A stretch of 64,000 bases of DNA, taken from the IMG/VR virus record IMGVR_UViG_3300028027_000001. One strand, given 5' to 3'. Below the pieces are notes generated by a model. The model was not told where the DNA came from. It did no database searches and saw only the letters and a list, made by a program, of their open reading frames with translations. Position numbers and translations under genes: made by a program. Source of the DNA: a virus. This document shows positions 27,979 through 37,663 of this stretch, piece after piece; position 1 is the first letter of the stretch; each line of letters begins with the position of its first letter.

Positions 27979-28923
27979 TTAACTATTATATGTTGCACTA
28001 CATAGTGATACTTTGTAAAAGGGACACCATTTACACCCATCACTCACTGTTGGTTTATGTTCCACTTTTTTATACCCACTCAAATCAAATGCTTCGTTAA
28101 TAAACGTATCTATTGATTGAGTTGCCTTGTTTAATTTAACTTTACCTGATGGAGGTGAAAACGTTTGAATACGGCGAATAACGAAATCCTCACTTTCGAA
28201 TAATTTACGTTTGACGATAAAGAATTCAATTTCAATTTTATCTACTGGATGGTTGAATATTTCGGATATGAATTTTTTGTATAGGATGAGCTGGAATTGT
28301 TTGTTTTCGTCTTTTTTCTCTTTGTCTCTCCATCCGTTACCCGAAGTTTTGATATCAATGATTTTAATTGTATCTGTTGGTTCATGATATAATACTACAT
28401 CAAGGTAACCTTGATATACAACATTAGGTAGTGAGGGGTTTTGTATTTTGGATACAGGTACCTCACACCCAACCAAATACCAACCACGTTTAGAGAAATG
28501 TTTGGATTTATTTTTAGCGAAATCACGGATAATTTCGATACCATCATCGAAAAATTCACGAAGTTGTTCAGGTGTGCAAAAGTGCTGGTTACCGTTTTTC
28601 TTGTATTGGGTCTTGTATTCAGCACGGAGTGCTTCCTCGAACATTTCTGATGTATTTAAACGGTCGGCTTCAGCAGCGCTTTGCTCATACATTACTGTTA
28701 AGTAGTGTTGGATCACAGTGTGGATGCTAGATCCGAATACTGTGTGAATGGTTGAGCTAAATTGTTTGTGCCCCTCTACATAGTTTAATGACCATTTCTT
28801 TCTACATTCATTAAACATGGATAACTGCGAGTACGAAATAAGTTTCTCGTTCGCCCAGTCCATTTCTTTCTGTTTATAGTTACGAATGTCCTGTACAATT
28901 TGGGGTATTTTCTTTTTAGCCAT
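27979..28923 (-). CDS. PD-(D/E)XK (RecB/Cas4-like) exonuclease
   Basis: ISYSQL...C, FGS..H, GYLD...IIDIKT, QL.LY, CKWCPF...C. Confidence 0.85.
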   Translation of the reverse strand: MAKKKIPQIVQDIRNYKQKEMDWANEKLISYSQLSMFNECRKKWSLNYVEGHKQFSSTIHTVFGSSIHTVIQHYLTVMYEQSAAEADRLNTSEMFEEALRAEYKTQYKKNGNQHFCTPEQLREFFDDGIEIIRDFAKNKSKHFSKRGWYLVGCEVPVSKIQNPSLPNVVYQGYLDVVLYHEPTDTIKIIDIKTSGNGWRDKEKKDENKQFQLILYKKFISEIFNHPVDKIEIEFFIVKRKLFESEDFVIRRIQTFSPPSGKVKLNKATQSIDTFINEAFDLSGYKKVEHKPTVSDGCKWCPFYKVSLCSATYNS

Positions 28924-28926
28924 AAC

Positions 28927-28965
28927 CGGAATATACAAAGAAAGCCTGGCAGAACCAAGCTTTTT
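28927..28965 (-). promoter_or_regulatory. Promoter-hairpin cassette (representative; near-identical copies at ~16051, 21065, 32674, 37266, 41387)
   Basis: Minus strand AAGCTTGG-n5-CCAGGCTTTCTTTGTATATTC immediately upstream of starts. Confidence 0.75.
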
Positions 28966-28987
28966 AAGTATTTTTGATAGTACTGGG

Positions 28988-29224
28988 TTATTTAATTATA
29001 CCAGCACGTACTTGAAATAGTTTACGCATTTCATCTAATTGTTCGGATTGACCAACAATAGAATCATATGATTCCATACCCAAACATTCACCTTCAGCGC
29101 TTAAACTGATTGCACGTTCAGCGGCATCATGTAAATCCATATCCGTTTTAGCGTCTTCTTTTGCGTATTCTAATAGACGAATGAATAACGGAACGTCTAC
29201 TGTGATTGTATCTTTTGGGTTCAT
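28988..29224 (-). CDS. Hypothetical protein, possibly virion-internal
   Basis: DVPLFIRLLEYAKED; C-terminal FQVRAGIIK motif. Confidence 0.7.
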   Translation of the reverse strand: MNPKDTITVDVPLFIRLLEYAKEDAKTDMDLHDAAERAISLSAEGECLGMESYDSIVGQSEQLDEMRKLFQVRAGIIK

Positions 29225-29243
29225 GTATTTTTATGTATAAATA

Positions 29244-29483
29244 TTATGAATTTTGTTCTCGTATGATTTTTTCCATTTTTTCCAGGTATAGAATACCATC
29301 CATTAATTCTTCACGTAAGTGTTTACAATAATCTAAAAAGTTTAAATCTGTACGTTCTAATCCAACACCATATTTTTCACGGCCGAATTGTGCACGTTCG
29401 ATAAATTTATCTATTACTGAATCAACAACATGGTCTGTTGTTGGGATAGTGCGGCTATTTTGTTTTTCTTGGTTTTCTTGCAT
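29244..29483 (-). CDS. All-alpha NTP pyrophosphatase-like small protein
   Basis: R...G..KYG..L.R.D......HLREELMDGILY. Confidence 0.6.
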   Translation of the reverse strand: MQENQEKQNSRTIPTTDHVVDSVIDKFIERAQFGREKYGVGLERTDLNFLDYCKHLREELMDGILYLEKMEKIIREQNS

Positions 29484-29880
29484 TTTTTTCAGGTTTTGAG
29501 TTGTCTATGCCCATTTTTAATAATATTTCGGTTACACCATTTTTACCTAGCAATTCCATATATTCTACAGCATCTCTCAAACTACATTCGTAGTAACGAG
29601 CTATATGTTCTGCTTCGGGAGGTGTTGATGTTTTGGTTTTACCAACCCATTTCAACCATACTTTACGTTTTGGGATTAAATTGCAATACGCAGTGTAAAT
29701 ATATTTCTTTTGGTCGTGTGGGATTTTTTGAACGTAATTGGCTAGCTCGATATAGTCTACGTTCATGGATATGAACTTATGGATCATATATGGTTGGAAG
29801 GACCCCCAGTCCCCCTCATCAAATGTGGAGGCTGGTTGTTTCTTCACTGTGATTTGCTCGAGCCAATCGAATAGAGTCAT
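29455..29880 (-). CDS. Clamp loader small subunit (T4 gp62-like)
   Basis: LFDWL..I, FQPYMIHKFISM, KW.K, IARYYECS...A.EY; next to the clamp loader ATPase. Confidence 0.8.
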   Translation of the reverse strand: MTLFDWLEQITVKKQPASTFDEGDWGSFQPYMIHKFISMNVDYIELANYVQKIPHDQKKYIYTAYCNLIPKRKVWLKWVGKTKTSTPPEAEHIARYYECSLRDAVEYMELLGKNGVTEILLKMGIDNSKPEKNARKPRKTK

Positions 29881-29882
29881 GG

Positions 29883-30113
29883 TTACAAGGAATGTTCTTT
29901 ATATTCATCACGTAACTCTTTTGGTAAAGAGTCTAAAACGATTTTTTTAGATTCGATATCGTAAAATACACTTATCGGAACCAAACCGTCTTCGTCTGAA
30001 CCAAGAATAAATTTGGAAATTTTACGTAAAATGTAACCTTGTTGGAAGATAATACCTCCGTCAAAACCTTCAACTGCTGTTGAATTAGCTAAATCAATTT
30101 GTGGTTGTTGCAT
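29883..30113 (-). CDS. Hypothetical phage protein
   Basis: IDL...F.QG.ILRKISKF...VPI.VFY. Confidence 0.7.
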   Translation of the reverse strand: MQQPQIDLANSTAVEGFDGGIIFQQGYILRKISKFILGSDEDGLVPISVFYDIESKKIVLDSLPKELRDEYKEHSL

Positions 30114-30126
30114 TGTTTATTTATTT

Positions 30127-30852
30127 TTATATGGTTTCTAAAATTTTAGCGATTGCAGCAAAGAAACATATTTCTTTATCTATCACGCTCGCACTCTGGA
30201 ACATATGATCATTTATTGTGATAATCACGAGTCCTTCATTTCCAGATGCATATTTTTCTACATCTGTGTATAGTTTTTTATATAGACTATCAAAATCACT
30301 CACATCACTATCCGCTATTAATTTACGGATTTCAGTAAATGTTTTTGAGTGTTTTTTAGATAGTAATTGAATTAAATTATTTTCAGTGTCTGCATCGTTG
30401 GTTAACGTTTGAGACAGCACAAGTTTATCGTCTATAATGTGTTTTTGCACATTGTTGATAATACGACGCAAATCAGGATAGTACGCGTTTATAATCGCCG
30501 CTACGTCGCTGATTTCGTACTGTATATTTTCAGTGTCGAGTATGTTTACTACGTGTTTGGCTACGTGTTTTTTGCTTGGTGGTTTCAAATTGTAGTCCTC
30601 CAAACGCGAACGCAACGGTTCAATTAAGCGTTCTGGGTAATTACCGGTTAATATGAATCGTGTATTTAAACTGTATGTTTCGATCATGTTTAGGAGCAAT
30701 ACTTGCCCTGCTTGCAGGATATGGGTGCAATTATGGGTTAATACGTCATTATTCTCACCTATAAAAAAATTATGATTTTTACTAACAGTTAAATCATACA
30801 CCTTTTTTTTTCCTTCAAGTTTTTTTACATTAACTATATTTAATTTTTTCAT
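30127..30852 (-). CDS. Split intein C-fragment fused to the C-terminal part of the clamp loader ATPase (gp44/RFC-like)
   Basis: VYDLTV..NHNFF...LTHN|C, then ...RFILTGNYPERLIEPLRSR...YPDLRRIIN. Confidence 0.92.
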   Translation of the reverse strand: MKKLNIVNVKKLEGKKKVYDLTVSKNHNFFIGENNDVLTHNCTHILQAGQVLLLNMIETYSLNTRFILTGNYPERLIEPLRSRLEDYNLKPPSKKHVAKHVVNILDTENIQYEISDVAAIINAYYPDLRRIINNVQKHIIDDKLVLSQTLTNDADTENNLIQLLSKKHSKTFTEIRKLIADSDVSDFDSLYKKLYTDVEKYASGNEGLVIITINDHMFQSASVIDKEICFFAAIAKILETI

Positions 30853-31973
30853 AACTTTAAACCTTTAATCATTTTATTATAATATACTAAAAAATTATCA
30901 CTCATACACACTTCTGGGTTTATGAAGTTGATTAAATTGGATTCGTTCACCCATATAAATTTATAATCATTTTCTAAACACCATTTTATAGCTCCATCCA
31001 TTTTATCAATTTGAGCAATATATTGACGTTTAGGCTTGAGTTCATATAATATTTTATTTTCCAAATCTATGAAATCAGGAATATATATTTTCCTCTCATT
31101 TTCTGTAACATATTGAATTCTTATAGACTCATATTCAAGTTTAGGATTTGAAATAAAAAAACACACCTCCCAACTACTTCTAAAGTAATAGGTTTTATTA
31201 TTGAATGGTATATCAATTCTTCTTTTAGTTCTATAATTATTTTGGGGAGAGAAGGTTCCATCCAATATGTTTTTTTTCTGAGAATCGGATGATTTTTTTC
31301 TTCTTATATTTTTTTCTTCTTCTGATATATTAAATAACCATGGGTGATCAATATTTTGGTGGGTTAATTTCATGTTTTCTCTCCAAATAGTATTCCTTGA
31401 GGGGTCATCTTTCATTTCATTCCATTTTTCCATTCTTTTCTCCACCACATCTGGGGATGTTAGTATTTGGGAATGGATTAAATTGTGGTCATTGATACTA
31501 AGGGATGAAATATATTTATTAAATAATGGGTTACACGGATGAGCAGTTTTAGCATTTTTGGATATTCTAAAATCATTAATGGTCAATGCCTGATTGGAAA
31601 ATATACAGGATGGAATTAAAGATGATTTTTTAAATAATTCATATACTATAATACGTCTATCATTCTCATTAAAAAAACACGCTAAATGATTAAATATTCT
31701 AGTATAACCATACCACTTGTTATCTACAGGAGATTTAATATGATTGTTTATGGGGTTTACATCCATCCTATCTAATATATCATTTAATTGATAGTTGGTG
31801 ATATAAACATACTTACTATCATATACATATTTGTATTCACTTGGGGTGAGGTATTTTTTTAGATCTGTCAAAAGAAGATTTCTCGATTCAAACTTATTAC
31901 CCGTTATAACATTTACCCACGGATAATGATATGTAATAAAGTTATTTTTTATTTCATCTAGATGTTTCATCAT
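30849..31973 (-). CDS. Free-standing putative endonuclease (TnsA-like PD-(D/E)XK C-terminal domain)
   Basis: YFRSSWE...EYE...I.Y...YIPDF...YELKP; lies between the split intein halves. Confidence 0.75.
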   Translation of the reverse strand: MMKHLDEIKNNFITYHYPWVNVITGNKFESRNLLLTDLKKYLTPSEYKYVYDSKYVYITNYQLNDILDRMDVNPINNHIKSPVDNKWYGYTRIFNHLACFFNENDRRIIVYELFKKSSLIPSCIFSNQALTINDFRISKNAKTAHPCNPLFNKYISSLSINDHNLIHSQILTSPDVVEKRMEKWNEMKDDPSRNTIWRENMKLTHQNIDHPWLFNISEEEKNIRRKKSSDSQKKNILDGTFSPQNNYRTKRRIDIPFNNKTYYFRSSWEVCFFISNPKLEYESIRIQYVTENERKIYIPDFIDLENKILYELKPKRQYIAQIDKMDGAIKWCLENDYKFIWVNESNLINFINPEVCMSDNFLVYYNKMIKGLKL

Positions 31974-32036
31974 ATTAATTTTGTTATAAATATATGATAA
32001 CCTTGGAGAGAATGGGAAATGTTGGTTGATTCGATG

Positions 32037-32657
32037 TTATATTGAAAGGACATAACCACATTCTATAACTTCTTTAGTAGTAACAACTATAGGATTGGAA
32101 TTTTCATCATTAATATACCATTTATGGGATTCAGTACATACAACTTTTTCTCCATTTTCAAATTCTATTTCATAACAATCTTGTTCCCCCTTATAAAATA
32201 ATTCAAAGGGCATCCACTGTATTTGGGATGTTTCTTCGTTATATGATTTTACTAAGTCGTTTTTTTCATCAAGGAATTTTATTGGGATTTTTACAATCTC
32301 CCCTTTTCTTAAAACAGTCACCAATGTTTGTTCTTCTAAACACTCATCTAATATTACTATTTTAGGTGCCGGTTTAAAAGACATTACCGACACAAAAGGA
32401 AGTATTTCATTCCTGATATCGTCTATACCCCTCTTATCTGTAGCATTGATCATGATATAGTCACAGTCAATGTTACGAGCGATGATTTTGGCTAAGGTGG
32501 TTTTACCGGATCCGGCTTTGCCAAAGAAACCTAACATAGGTATGTTCTGTTGTTCAATCCATCCCTCTACTTTTTGTTTAAGGTAATCATCACACACATA
32601 GCCCTCAAGTGTTGATGGTCTGTGTTTTTCGTTTAAAACATAATGTCTATCTTGCAT
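32037..32657 (-). CDS. Clamp loader ATPase N-terminal part fused to split intein N-fragment
   Basis: EKHRP, GKAGSGKTT, INATD, VILDE|CLEEQTLV...VCTESHKWY. Confidence 0.92.
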   Translation of the reverse strand: MQDRHYVLNEKHRPSTLEGYVCDDYLKQKVEGWIEQQNIPMLGFFGKAGSGKTTLAKIIARNIDCDYIMINATDKRGIDDIRNEILPFVSVMSFKPAPKIVILDECLEEQTLVTVLRKGEIVKIPIKFLDEKNDLVKSYNEETSQIQWMPFELFYKGEQDCYEIEFENGEKVVCTESHKWYINDENSNPIVVTTKEVIECGYVLSI

Positions 32658-32740
32658 AACTTATTTTTATAACCGGAATATACAAAGAAAGCCTGGCTAA
32701 GCCAAGCTTCTTTGATTAAATGGGATAGAATATGGGTGGG

Positions 32741-33811
32741 TTAAATTTCTTTCCCTTCATCTTTTAACATTTGTTTGATTTTAGATACACCGGATGATAT
32801 TCTTTCTGAAAAATTCTGAATAGTTGATAAGTGGGAAGATTGTTTATATTCTTCCTCAGTGATAATACCAGCCAATTTTTGCATGCGCAAGAATTCCTCG
32901 TTTACTGTAGGTGTAGCTTTAAGGGCATACGGAGCAAACAATTTAATCAAATCCAATTTTGCTTGTTGGTTTTTGACTTTATTAATAGTGATTACGTTGT
33001 TTGAATATTCGAAGTTTTTGTCGTATGTATTTTTCAAACGTTGAAGCAAACCATTAATTTCAACACGTTTACCTTTAATTTTAGCTGGGTCTAGGGTTAC
33101 TTTAAATGATACTGTTGCCTCAGAAGGTGCTGCTTTAGTTACACCTGGTGTTTCTGTATCGGTTGGTTCGATTCTTACAACATGATATTTAACTCCAGCA
33201 TTATCCATGATAGTTTTAACTACTTTCTCAAGATATGCTTTAGTTGCGAATGGGCTGTCTTTTTGTGGGAATGTGATTTCGTCTCCGTTTACAATGTAGT
33301 GAACGCCTTCCTCCATTTTGCCACTATATTTTTTAAGGTTTGCAGGTGTTTTTAATGGGAAATAGTTTTTTCCAAATTTACCAACAATCATTTTAGGTAA
33401 CGCTTTACCTGATAGTGTTTTCAAATATTCCTCAACAGTACCATCATTTCCTTCTGCTTGCCATGCTGCGTATCCTTTTTCCGCTTCTTTCAAACCAGCT
33501 TCGTATTCTTGAGGTTCACGAGCAGCAATATCTGCTAATTTGTTTTCTTTACCTTCATCGTCCAACTCGTCCCAGTGTTTCCATGCGGCTCCTGCTTTTT
33601 GTGCAGGGATTGATGGGCCAAATACTTTCTTGATTGCTTCTGGATCTCTCATGCTTTGGGCATAAGGGCCATAGTTGTCTATATTGTTTAGTGCGTCTAT
33701 GGCTGCTTGAGTTTCAGTTGATTGGATTGTTAAGTCGTAACTGTTACGGCCAAGGCCTTTCATTCCATCTTCTTCTCCATCCATTTCACGGATTATATCG
33801 AATAATTTCAT
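32741..33811 (-). CDS. Hypothetical protein, probably virion-associated
   Basis: MKLFDIIRE N-terminus; EFLRMQKLAGIITE motif; ATATTTATA upstream. Confidence 0.75.
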   Translation of the reverse strand: MKLFDIIREMDGEEDGMKGLGRNSYDLTIQSTETQAAIDALNNIDNYGPYAQSMRDPEAIKKVFGPSIPAQKAGAAWKHWDELDDEGKENKLADIAAREPQEYEAGLKEAEKGYAAWQAEGNDGTVEEYLKTLSGKALPKMIVGKFGKNYFPLKTPANLKKYSGKMEEGVHYIVNGDEITFPQKDSPFATKAYLEKVVKTIMDNAGVKYHVVRIEPTDTETPGVTKAAPSEATVSFKVTLDPAKIKGKRVEINGLLQRLKNTYDKNFEYSNNVITINKVKNQQAKLDLIKLFAPYALKATPTVNEEFLRMQKLAGIITEEEYKQSSHLSTIQNFSERISSGVSKIKQMLKDEGKEI

Positions 33812-33856
33812 ATTTGTATGTATGTTTATGTATAAATATACAAAAAGATGACGCTA

Positions 33857-34123
33857 TTAAATAGCGTCACCGTATAAATTGTATCTTTTTACAGGTTCTG
33901 GTTCGATTGCTTTCTCCTCAGTTCTGATAACATATAGTTTACTATCGAGTGGAGCTAAACGAAATTCAACTTGCTCTTGATTTTTGTCGAACCATGCTTC
34001 AAGTGCATCTGTTAGTGATGGATGGACTACTTTTTTAGTATCGCCTACTAGTATCCAGGAATCACCTTTACCCTTTACGCGCGTAGCCAACAATTCAAGT
34101 GTTTCTACTACCTGTGTTTCCAT
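33857..34123 (-). CDS. Hypothetical protein
   Basis: ORF directly downstream of groEL. Confidence 0.7.
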   Translation of the reverse strand: METQVVETLELLATRVKGKGDSWILVGDTKKVVHPSLTDALEAWFDKNQEQVEFRLAPLDSKLYVIRTEEKAIEPEPVKRYNLYGDAI

Positions 34124-34124
34124 A

Positions 34125-35771
34125 TTACATCATCATTTGAGATGGATCGTAAGCACCGTCTTCTTTTTTGTCTTCTGGTTTGTCTACGATAACACACTCT
34201 GTTAATAGAATAGTACTAGCAATACTGGATGCGTTGCTTAGGGCACTGCATGTTACTTTGGTTGGGTCGAGGATACCTGCTTCTTTCATGTTTACGATTT
34301 CCTCAGTTTTGATGTTAAATCCAAACCATGGGTTTGTTCCTGCATCACCCGCCTTTCCAATTTCTTGGTTAATTGGGTAAATCTCTTCAGCATCGTATCC
34401 TGCATTGATTAAAATTTGTTCGAATGGTTTACTACATATTTTGTATACTAAACGTTTACCAAAATTAAAATCAGATCCGTCTGCTTTTACCTCAGTAATT
34501 GCTTCTCTAGCATATAATAATGCAACACCACCACCAGGAACAATACCGTCTTCTAAGGCACATTTAGTTGCATGTAAAGCATCGTCTACACGATCTTTCT
34601 TTTCTTTCATTTCGGTTTCAGTATTTCCACCTACGTGTACTAAAGCAACACCACCAATGAATTTTGCTAAACGTTCTTGCAATTTTTCAGTTTCGAATGG
34701 AGTGGTTGATTTATCGATTTGTGCTTCTAATTCTTCAACACGTTGAGTGATTTTTTCTTCTGAACCTTGACCATCAACAATTGTGGTTTGTTCTTTGGTT
34801 ACAGTGATTGTACGTGCTTTTCCAAACCATTCATCCTGGAATTTGTCCAACTTCATGCCTTTATCTTTGTCGAATACAGTACCTCCAGTTAACACAGCAA
34901 TGTCTTCTAAGATTAACTTTCTACGATCACCAAAGTCAGGTGCTTTAACAGCAACTACTTTTAATGTACCACGCATTTTATTTACAATCAATGTTGCCAA
35001 TGCTTCCCCATCGATGTCTTCGGCAATGATAAGCAATGATTTTCCAGTACGAGCCACACCATCTAAGATAGGTAGCAATTCTTTCACTTGTGTGAATCTA
35101 TGATCAGCAATTAATACCAATGAATCATTTAATACCGCTGACATGTTGTTGTTGTTGGTAACGAAATATGGTGACTTGTATCCACGATCAAATTGCATAC
35201 CTTCAACTACCTCTAAATATGTTTCACCAGTACGAGATTCCTCAATGTGTACTACACCTTCACGACCTACTTTCTCCATTGCTCTAGCAATTAATTTCCC
35301 AGTTTCTGGGTCATTGTTTGCTGAAATAGAAGCAATTTGTTCAAGTTGTTCTTCAGATGTGATTTTTTCTGATGAATTTTTAAGTGATTCGATTACTTGC
35401 TTAACAGCAGCATCAATACCACGTTTAATTTCAACTGCATTTCCACCTTCATTTAAACGTTGTAAACCTTGTTTAACGATTTCACGAGCCAATAACGTAG
35501 ATGTAGTTGTACCATCACCAGCATTGTCTGCTGTTTTGATTGCGGCTTGTTTGATCATTTGCGCACCCAAATTTTCGATTGGGTCTTCCAATTCAGAAAT
35601 ATGTTTTGCGATTGATACACCATCTTTTGTAGATACTGCTACACCATCATGAAAATATACTGTATTTCTACCTTGTGGTCCTAAACTGGATACTACGGCA
35701 TCTGCCAAAATATCAATCCCGTTTGCTAATTTTTTACGTGCTTCAGCACCTAGTTTAATTTGTTTACTCAT
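34125..35771 (-). CDS. groEL: Chaperonin GroEL
   Basis: LGPQGRN, TKDGVSIA, AGDGTTT, GMQFDRGY.SPYF, KAPDFGDRRK, GIVPGGG. Confidence 0.98.
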   Translation of the reverse strand: MSKQIKLGAEARKKLANGIDILADAVVSSLGPQGRNTVYFHDGVAVSTKDGVSIAKHISELEDPIENLGAQMIKQAAIKTADNAGDGTTTSTLLAREIVKQGLQRLNEGGNAVEIKRGIDAAVKQVIESLKNSSEKITSEEQLEQIASISANNDPETGKLIARAMEKVGREGVVHIEESRTGETYLEVVEGMQFDRGYKSPYFVTNNNNMSAVLNDSLVLIADHRFTQVKELLPILDGVARTGKSLLIIAEDIDGEALATLIVNKMRGTLKVVAVKAPDFGDRRKLILEDIAVLTGGTVFDKDKGMKLDKFQDEWFGKARTITVTKEQTTIVDGQGSEEKITQRVEELEAQIDKSTTPFETEKLQERLAKFIGGVALVHVGGNTETEMKEKKDRVDDALHATKCALEDGIVPGGGVALLYAREAITEVKADGSDFNFGKRLVYKICSKPFEQILINAGYDAEEIYPINQEIGKAGDAGTNPWFGFNIKTEEIVNMKEAGILDPTKVTCSALSNASSIASTILLTECVIVDKPEDKKEDGAYDPSQMMM

Positions 35772-35777
35772 ATAACT

Positions 35778-36077
35778 TTATTTAATTTTGGATAAAACTG
35801 TTTTTTCGTTTCCGATGAAATATTCATCTCCATCATGTTCAATTTTAGTAAATCCTTGTGTTGGTAAAATTACCACATCACCCACTTTCAATACTGTTTC
35901 TACGAATGTTCCTGTTACTGTGTGTGAACCAGGACCAACAGCTACTACTGTTCCTTTTGGATTTCTATCTTTACCAGCATCTGGTACTACGATAGATCCA
36001 TACATTGTTTCCTCTGTTTCTAGTGGTTTAACGATAACCGCGTCGAATAGAGGTTCGAAAATTGTTTCGTTACTCAT
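35778..36077 (-). CDS. groES: Co-chaperonin GroES
   Basis: PLFD.VIV, GSIVVPD, G.VVAVGPG, LKVGD.V. Confidence 0.95.
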   Translation of the reverse strand: MSNETIFEPLFDAVIVKPLETEETMYGSIVVPDAGKDRNPKGTVVAVGPGSHTVTGTFVETVLKVGDVVILPTQGFTKIEHDGDEYFIGNEKTVLSKIK

Positions 36078-36442
36078 ATTTCTACTTTATTTAATAAATT
36101 ATTGATTCCGTCTTTTACTGTATTCCATGTATCGATATATTCTTTGATTGAAGAATACTGTCCTTTATTTACATAGAATTTTTGTTTTGCAATTGAATTA
36201 AGGGCATTTTTAAAATTACTATAGTAACCAATTACGTTTTCTGTTTCTTTACCTGAAGCTTCTGCTCCTCTAAATCCACGTTTAGCTGTAGTTCTTTCAA
36301 TTACTGTGAAATTAGAATTGTCTTTTGAAATGTAAAATGGTTCCATTACAGGATCTGTAATGATACATACGTTTGATTGAGCATCTACATTGTTTGCATC
36401 GCGAGCCGGACGACCCTTGCGTTTAGTTGTTGTTTCTACCAT
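36074..36442 (-). CDS. Hypothetical protein
   Basis: ORF with upstream promoter-hairpin. Confidence 0.7.
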   Translation of the reverse strand: MVETTTKRKGRPARDANNVDAQSNVCIITDPVMEPFYISKDNSNFTVIERTTAKRGFRGAEASGKETENVIGYYSNFKNALNSIAKQKFYVNKGQYSSIKEYIDTWNTVKDGINNLLNKVEI

Positions 36443-36513
36443 AACTTTATTTTAATTTATAACTAAATATACGAAAACTTATTGGCTAAGCCAAATATTT
36501 TTGATTATACATA

Positions 36514-37248
36514 TCAGAAGGTTGTTTGTTCTTTACGAATTAAGTAATATTCACTACTAGTATCCGATGTTTTAAATTCAAGTTTCATCAAACCACGGTA
36601 ACTTAATGATAATTTACCTTCTTCCATATCTTTATTAGCATTCAATATGTTACGGAATGCATCTGAATTGAATGGGATGGAGGATGGGGATGGGGTTAAA
36701 TTTGAATAGATCTGATATGTGATTTTGTTGTTATGTCCGTTTTCATCTCCAAAGGTAAATAAGATAATATCCTCATCATTTAAATCTTTACCAGTAGATA
36801 TCAACATGTTATTAACATCACCTAAAGCACCTTTTGCTTTGACTAAATTCACAATATCTTCCTTTTCTAGAATAGACACCGCATCCCATTGTGGAGCAGT
36901 TACAGAACCTACTTTACCCATTAGTAGCGGATCTGCCAATGCATATGTTAAATTGAATGCATTGTCAGCAATGTGTAATTTAGTATACACTGATTGTTTT
37001 TTCTCCAGGGTAAATATTAAATCACCAGCACATATATTTAGTAAACCCAGTAATTTTTTAGTATCATATATTGCCAAATCACTATCTTCTATGTCAATAT
37101 TGTTGTGTGTAATTTTACCAATAACTTCCTTACTTAACGACATAAAATCAATAGTAAGTTGTTTGTTGCGTGTAACCCATTTAACGGATTCAATTTCACC
37201 TAAGTGATATTTGTCTATAATTGACTTAAGTACTAATCTGTTGATCAT
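36514..37248 (-). CDS. DNA polymerase sliding clamp (T4 gp45-like)
   Basis: Size, beta-rich pattern, AIYD...LL..L motif; sits between polB and the clamp loader. Confidence 0.75.
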   Translation of the reverse strand: MINRLVLKSIIDKYHLGEIESVKWVTRNKQLTIDFMSLSKEVIGKITHNNIDIEDSDLAIYDTKKLLGLLNICAGDLIFTLEKKQSVYTKLHIADNAFNLTYALADPLLMGKVGSVTAPQWDAVSILEKEDIVNLVKAKGALGDVNNMLISTGKDLNDEDIILFTFGDENGHNNKITYQIYSNLTPSPSSIPFNSDAFRNILNANKDMEEGKLSLSYRGLMKLEFKTSDTSSEYYLIRKEQTTF

Positions 37249-37309
37249 ATAACTTTAATTTATGTTGAATATACAAAGAAAGCCTGGCAGAGCCAAGCTT
37301 TTCTATATT

Positions 37310-37579
37310 TTAAAATGTTTGATTAATGCGCTCAACACCAAGAGGTCTTAATTTATCCATGATTTCATTATTTTCCCTCTCTGCATCCTTCATTTGGCCA
37401 TAGTTATCAATGTACATATAGAATGCATCATATCTACTTGCCAAATCCATTATTTCATCGGTTAATTCATATCCATCTTTCATTACAATTTCTTGCCCTT
37501 CTTTAACCAATTGGGCTTTGTATTGACTTTCAGTAATTAAACCAGCCAACATTTGCATCCTAAGTGTTTCTTTGTTCAT
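37310..37579 (-). CDS. Hypothetical protein with LRMQMLAGLITE leader
   Basis: N-terminus shared with 41452. Confidence 0.7.
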   Translation of the reverse strand: MNKETLRMQMLAGLITESQYKAQLVKEGQEIVMKDGYELTDEIMDLASRYDAFYMYIDNYGQMKDAERENNEIMDKLRPLGVERINQTF

Positions 37580-37589
37580 AATATATTTG

Positions 37590-37625
37590 TTTATGTTTAT
37601 GCTTATGTTTATGTTTATGTTTATG
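37590..37625. repeat. Hexamer tandem repeat (TTTATG)x6
   Basis: tttatg tttatg cttatg tttatg tttatg tttatg between the promoter motif and the start of 37310..37579. Confidence 0.8.
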
Positions 37626-37663
37626 TATAAATATATGGATTTAAATTTAGGATGTCAAGTATC

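Noticed and set aside
27979-28923. Cas4 as evidence of a CRISPR system
   Set aside because: A solo PD-(D/E)XK exonuclease in a replication context is common in phages; there is no array or other cas gene.
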